From Candidatus Hydrothermales bacterium (GTDB lineage Bacteria; Hydrothermota; Hydrothermia; Hydrothermales; JAJRUZ01), in the NCBI GenBank assembly GCA_039630575.1, contig JBCNUW010000002.1, positions 6,529 to 70,528 on the forward strand: DNA of 64,000 bases, in the 5' to 3' direction. A model generated the notes under the pieces. That model was not told where the DNA came from, searched no databases, and worked only from the letters and a program-made list of their open reading frames with translations. Shown in pieces: positions 60,223-64,000 of this stretch. A program made the translations under genes and the position numbers. How positions within the stretch are numbered: the first letter of the stretch is position 1; the number at the start of each line of letters is the position of its first letter.

Positions 60223-62022
60223 TTAGAATTTTTTGTAAATTACCTTTTTATCTTTTGTTTGTACAGGGATATTTATCCCTGAAATTTTTTCACCAGGTAA
60301 AATTTTAATCAAAATTGGGGGAGACAAAACTATATTTATAATAGGGACAGAGAGTATTTTTATTTCGTAAGTTCCAGGAATTAAGGCATTTAAATGAAAT
60401 TTTCCATTTTCATCAGTGATACTTGAATTTCCGTTCACCAAAATTACAACATCCCTTAATCCATCTTCATCATTATCTTTTTTACCATTTTTATTTTTAT
60501 CCAAAAAAACAATTCCTTCAATTTCACCAAGGGAAACAAGAGGTATGTAAAAATTTTTAACTCCGAAGATTCCAATCTCAAATTCTATCTTCTCACCTAA
60601 ACTACTACCAACTTCTTTTGGAAAAGCTCCGTATTTTATTTCAATTTTATGTATACCTGGTTTTAAAAATGAAAAATTAAATTTTCCATATTCATTAGTT
60701 ATTAATTCCCTTTTGTTATCAATAACTACTTTTATATTCTTTGCAGGTTTTTCTCCTGGGTCATATTTAAAATTGCCATTTTCATCTATAAATATGAATC
60801 CGTAAACTCTTCCAAAACCAACTTCTTGAGTTAAAAATGCTCCTGATAATGAAAAGGATAGATTTGCGTAACTTTTATCATTTACTTTTGTTATTACAAA
60901 TGAGGTTAAGATGTTAAAACTTAAGTAGTTTAACCTAAAGGAAGAACTATATAATTTATTACTCTTTTCCCTTCCAAACGCTATAGAAAAATAAAAATTG
61001 TTTTTTAAATTATAGTCTAATAAAAATCTAAAATAATCTTTTTTTGAAATAGCAAATTCATAGGAAAAAGGACTTTTTCTAAATTCAAACCTTAAATGAT
61101 TTCTTTCTTCTCTTAACTTTCTGTGATTAAATGTAACATTTATATACTTTTTACTATAAGAAACTTCAAATCCTCTTACAAATAGAATATTTTTGTTAAT
61201 TTCGAAACCTCCCATTAAGGTTATTATAGGTAAAAACTTAAGGTTTATTTTTATATCATTCTCGTTCAAAAAATTAAAGGAGTTTGAATTAAAGTAATGA
61301 AACTTTCCAGTGTAAGTTAGAAAGGGTTTTATCCGTAAAAATGATGAGGAAAAAATTCCCAAATAATAATCTTTCGAATCATAGAAAGTTCCGTATTTTT
61401 TTGTTTTTAATTTATAAACAAGATTAAACCCTCTATTTTCTTTTAAGTGACTAATTCTAGCTTCAGTAGCAGCACCAAGATAAAAGTCTACTAAGGAAAA
61501 ACCTATCGCTTTTTCAATATCAAAATAACTACTTGAATATTTAACATAATTTGAAAATAAAATTATTGCATTCTTATTAAAATCTTTCTCAACTAAAAAA
61601 GAAAATTTAAAAGGAGAAAGTGTTTTTAAAAAAAGGTAATCAAAATAGATTAGATATTCATTTTTAGTAAAATCGGGAATAACCTCACCAGTATTTCTTC
61701 TTTTTCCAATTAAAAAAATAAAATTTTTATCAGAAAACTTTAATCCTCTTAAATACTTATTTACACCAAAAGGAGAGTATAGATAAAAATTTAAATCAAA
61801 GATAGAAATCTTTTTTTTATTTAATAAAAAATTTAAATTTAGATTGTCAAGATAAAAAAAATTGTTAGTTTTTATAAATCTTAATGAAAGATCAAAATCT
61901 TTTTGGGAATAAAAAGAGGAAAAGTAATAACTTTCTCCATAATAGGAAGGGTAGAATTGATTCTGTGAGTAAATTGAAAAAGAAAAATATCTTAAAAGGA
62001 TTATATAAATTATCAATTTCAA
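60223..62022 (-). CDS. Outer-membrane beta-barrel-like protein with two C-terminal SdrD-B/CarboxypepD_reg-like beta-sandwich domains
   Basis: The 599 aa product has a signal peptide and ~400 aa rich in Y/F with alternating pattern. It is followed by 'GFIFIDENGNFKYDPGEKPAKNIKVVIDNKRELITNEYGKFNFSFLKPGIHKIEIK' and 'GIVFLDKNKNGKKDNDEDGLRDVVILVNGNSSITDENGKFHLNALIPGTYEIKIL'. Confidence 0.55.
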   Translation of the reverse strand: MKLIIYIILLRYFSFSIYSQNQFYPSYYGESYYFSSFYSQKDFDLSLRFIKTNNFFYLDNLNLNFLLNKKKISIFDLNFYLYSPFGVNKYLRGLKFSDKNFIFLIGKRRNTGEVIPDFTKNEYLIYFDYLFLKTLSPFKFSFLVEKDFNKNAIILFSNYVKYSSSYFDIEKAIGFSLVDFYLGAATEARISHLKENRGFNLVYKLKTKKYGTFYDSKDYYLGIFSSSFLRIKPFLTYTGKFHYFNSNSFNFLNENDIKINLKFLPIITLMGGFEINKNILFVRGFEVSYSKKYINVTFNHRKLREERNHLRFEFRKSPFSYEFAISKKDYFRFLLDYNLKNNFYFSIAFGREKSNKLYSSSFRLNYLSFNILTSFVITKVNDKSYANLSFSLSGAFLTQEVGFGRVYGFIFIDENGNFKYDPGEKPAKNIKVVIDNKRELITNEYGKFNFSFLKPGIHKIEIKYGAFPKEVGSSLGEKIEFEIGIFGVKNFYIPLVSLGEIEGIVFLDKNKNGKKDNDEDGLRDVVILVNGNSSITDENGKFHLNALIPGTYEIKILSVPIINIVLSPPILIKILPGEKISGINIPVQTKDKKVIYKKF

Positions 62023-62750
62023 GGTAAATCTATATCTTTTTCTCCTAAAAGAATTTCAGAACCACCGTAGTCAATTTCACAAAAAAGGGTGTATTTTCCT
62101 TTTTTTATATTTTCTTTTATCTCAAAGGAAAATTTTCTTTTTTTAAGTGGTAAGATCACGAGGTCTTTAAATTCTCTTTCAAAAACATTTTCCTTTTTTT
62201 CATCTAAAATATACACCTTGCCTTTTGTTCTAATATGCACAGGTAATGGATTCTCAATTATAAAATAAATTACATTTTTTTCTTTTCCAATATCTATTAA
62301 ACTTGGAGGGAAAATTGAAAAACCATTTTTAACCATAGCATAGATAGGGACCCCAATTTCACCAACAATCCGAACCTGTGCAGTTTTTTCAAGTTTTGGA
62401 TAAGCTTTTATTATTACCATACACCACTTTTCATAAGATTCCATGGTGTCGGGTAATGTAAACAAGACTCTTATTTCTTTTTTTTCATTTTTTTCGATAT
62501 CAAAACTCCTAGGAATAATTTTTACAAATGGAGAAAGAGAAAACTTAAAAGTACCAGGAGGTTTAAACTCCACTTCTCCATTTTCGTTAATATTAAAATC
62601 TTCAACAAAAATTTCAATATGAGAAGAAAAGTTATGTGCTTCAATTTCTAAGACCTCTACATATTCTTTTCCCTTCAAATAGAAATTTTCAATCCGTGGA
62701 GGCTCTACAAAAATATTAACTTGACTAAAAAATATAAACATTATGTTCAT
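62019..62750 (-). CDS. Hypothetical periplasmic beta-rich protein (chaperone-sized), translationally coupled on both sides
   Basis: The 243 aa product has a hydrophobic N-terminus 'MNIMFIFFSQVNIF'. It overlaps the upstream paralog gene with ATGA and overlaps the downstream gene by 4 nt. Confidence 0.45.
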   Translation of the reverse strand: MNIMFIFFSQVNIFVEPPRIENFYLKGKEYVEVLEIEAHNFSSHIEIFVEDFNINENGEVEFKPPGTFKFSLSPFVKIIPRSFDIEKNEKKEIRVLFTLPDTMESYEKWCMVIIKAYPKLEKTAQVRIVGEIGVPIYAMVKNGFSIFPPSLIDIGKEKNVIYFIIENPLPVHIRTKGKVYILDEKKENVFEREFKDLVILPLKKRKFSFEIKENIKKGKYTLFCEIDYGGSEILLGEKDIDLP

Positions 62751-63241
62751 AGCGCAAAAAATCTAAAAGAAACTGTAGTTTTAAATTCACCTGACTCGTC
62801 GTCAAAATCAGCCATAAATAAAAAATCCTTATCATACCTCCTCCACCTGGGGATAGGCCTTGTTCCAGAATCAAGTACTTTGTATTCGGTTGAAATTTGT
62901 ATCCAGGGATAAGAGGGAAAACTACCCTCAGGAGGTGGAGGTGTACCAGAAGGTGCAACCAGAAGTTGAGTTAAGGTAATTGAAGAGGAAAAATCATAAC
63001 CTCCTTTTATCATCAAATACCATGTGTTCCAATCACCTGGCCTTATAAAAATCTCAACAACAAGACCCCTAGGATTTAATAAACTTGCTTCGTTAGGATA
63101 ATAGTAAGAAGGAAATAAATAAGGAGGATAAGTAAAAGAGGGACCAACTGGATTCTTTAAATCAAAAAGTAAATTTGAGTCTACATATAAGCCTAATGCC
63201 CCTGTTTGAGATATTATAAAAAGTAAAGTTGAAATACCTAT
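62747..63241 (-). CDS. Paralog (second copy) of the 202-aa secreted protein; in-frame continuation after the upstream TAA, no canonical start
   Basis: Own translation downstream of the TAA at 63242-63244, in the same frame, gives IGISTLLFIISQTGALGLYVDSNLLFDLKNPVGPSFTYPPYLFPSYYYPNEASLLNPRGLVVEIFIRPGDWNTWYLMIKGGYDFSSSITLTQLLVAPSGTPPPPEGSFPSYPWIQISTEYKVLDSGTRPIPRWRRYDKDFLFMADFDDESGEFKTTVSFRFFAL*. The track only lists the last 89 aa from an internal Met. Confidence 0.4.
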   Translation of the reverse strand: MGISTLLFIISQTGALGLYVDSNLLFDLKNPVGPSFTYPPYLFPSYYYPNEASLLNPRGLVVEIFIRPGDWNTWYLMIKGGYDFSSSITLTQLLVAPSGTPPPPEGSFPSYPWIQISTEYKVLDSGTRPIPRWRRYDKDFLFMADFDDESGEFKTTVSFRFFAL

Positions 63242-63850
63242 TTACTGAGCATAAAGTCTGAAAGAAACTGTTACACTATAATTTCCTGGTTCATCGTCTT
63301 CATCTGTCACAAATAGAAAATCTTTTGGATATGAAGCCCATCCATTAGTTTTCCCTCCAGAATTCAACTGTTGATACTGTGTAGAAAGAGAAAGCCAAGG
63401 AGCAGAAGGTAACTGTCCCTCGGAAGGTGGAGTTGATCCATCAGGAGCAACAAGTAGTTGGGAGATTGGTATTGTTGTGTGGAAATTGCCACTTCCTCTA
63501 ATTTCTAAAAACCATGTCATCGTAGCTGAATTTGAAAAAACTTGTACATAAACACCCTGTGGATTTATTGTTGAAGCAGTATTTGGATAGTAGTATCCTG
63601 GGAAAACTGTAGGAGGATATGTTTGTGAGGGTGAACCTGTTGCAGGAGTATAAAGATCCCATCCGATATTTGCATCAACATAAAGACCAATTCTTGCTGG
63701 AATTCTAAGGGTAGCATTTATGTTTACTATAAGGGTATCCTGGGGAGCAAAACCTCCAAGTCTTTGTCCTGGTCCTCCTATTATTTGATTTGAAGAAAGA
63801 GAACCTATAGAAAAGCTTATTATAAAAATTATTAAAGTTAACTTCTTCAT
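63242..63850 (-). CDS. Small secreted Tyr/Pro-rich protein (possible pilin/SCPU-like subunit), first of tandem paralogs
   Basis: The 202 aa product has a signal peptide 'MKKLTLIIFIISFSIGSLSS'. It also has 'QTYPPTVFPGYYYPNTAS' and the C-terminus 'DFLFVTDEDDEPGNYSVTVSFRLYAQ'. An RBS 'AAGGAGAG' lies 5 nt upstream. Confidence 0.6.
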   Translation of the reverse strand: MKKLTLIIFIISFSIGSLSSNQIIGGPGQRLGGFAPQDTLIVNINATLRIPARIGLYVDANIGWDLYTPATGSPSQTYPPTVFPGYYYPNTASTINPQGVYVQVFSNSATMTWFLEIRGSGNFHTTIPISQLLVAPDGSTPPSEGQLPSAPWLSLSTQYQQLNSGGKTNGWASYPKDFLFVTDEDDEPGNYSVTVSFRLYAQ

Positions 63851-63960
63851 ATTTCTCTCCTTTTTATTTTGTAATTATAACTTCTAAAATATTAATTTTC
63901 AATAATACCTTCTTTAAGACATTTATCTTTTATTTTTAGTTCACCTATCTATTTAGTAAA
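63851..63960 (-). promoter_or_regulatory. RBS and AT-rich putative promoter region upstream of the 63850 gene block
   Basis: The minus strand reads 'ATAAAAAGGAGAGAAATATG'. The upstream AT-rich tract contains TATAAT-like hexamers such as 'ttataat'. Confidence 0.35.
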
Positions 63961-64000
63961 AATTTTTTACCTTAAGTTTTAATGTTTTTAGATGGAAGAT

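Overview
This is a roughly 64 kb, very AT-rich (about 30% GC by eye) bacterial chromosomal segment. It is densely packed, with about 57 protein-coding genes, many of them overlapping by 4 bp in long co-directional blocks. I found no rRNA or tRNA genes, no CRISPR array and no intact transposase or integrase. Several secreted proteins end in Bacteroidota-type type IX secretion system (T9SS) C-terminal sorting domains of the form '..YD(I/A)(T/S)GRK....G(I/V)Y(F/I)....'. This suggests a T9SS-bearing, probably thermophilic or anaerobic, lineage, but that is an inference.

The window has four main parts:
1. Positions 1-20.5 kb hold a non-canonical alpha-glucan (starch/glycogen) utilisation locus. 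It contains two GH57-family glycoside hydrolases, one carrying two CBM48 modules and one a giant enzyme with a T9SS tail. It also has a CBM48-fused beta-rich protein, several unknown beta-barrel-like or secreted proteins sharing an 'IDG(D/N)xSDW' module, a sugar ABC importer (lipoprotein binding protein plus two permeases, no ATPase) and a nucleotide-sugar dehydrogenase. Housekeeping genes rluD, rph, dapB and an M42 peptidase are interleaved.
2. Positions 20.5-29 kb hold an ECF sigma factor, a zinc-finger anti-sigma factor and a DegP-like PDZ protein that lacks the catalytic histidine. They also hold a DoxX/MauE-rhodanese-rhomboid cluster, a pyrimidine nucleoside phosphorylase, aspartate kinase, a DapL-like aminotransferase and a SAM hydroxide adenosyltransferase.
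3. Positions 29-34.7 kb form an AT-rich, gene-poor island. It has a FadL/PorV-like outer-membrane protein, a solitary TraB/GumN-family gene, pseudogene relics and an M28 peptidase with a T9SS tail.
4. Positions 34.7-48.4 kb are housekeeping. They carry a 2-oxoacid:ferredoxin oxidoreductase, an Ogg-type DNA glycosylase with no canonical start codon, a PDH-type E1alpha/E1beta/E2/E3 complex, YjbQ, a metallo-beta-lactamase-fold hydrolase, gpsA, a HAD hydrolase and uvrB.

The most interesting part is a single co-directional minus-strand block from 63.85 kb down to 49.3 kb. It begins with tandem paralogous small secreted Tyr/Pro-rich proteins, the second copy joined in frame to the first through a single TAA. 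These are followed by an Ig-like or chaperone-sized protein and an outer-membrane beta-barrel carrying two SdrD-B-like domains. Together they form a candidate undescribed surface-structure or adhesin assembly system. Next come an NlpC/P60 (DUF1175-like) protein and a thioester-containing (GCVEQ) alpha-2-macroglobulin. After those are a transpeptidase-only PBP, a SpoIID/LytB-HExxH fusion and an OmpA protein, which looks like an envelope defence and peptidoglycan-repair module.
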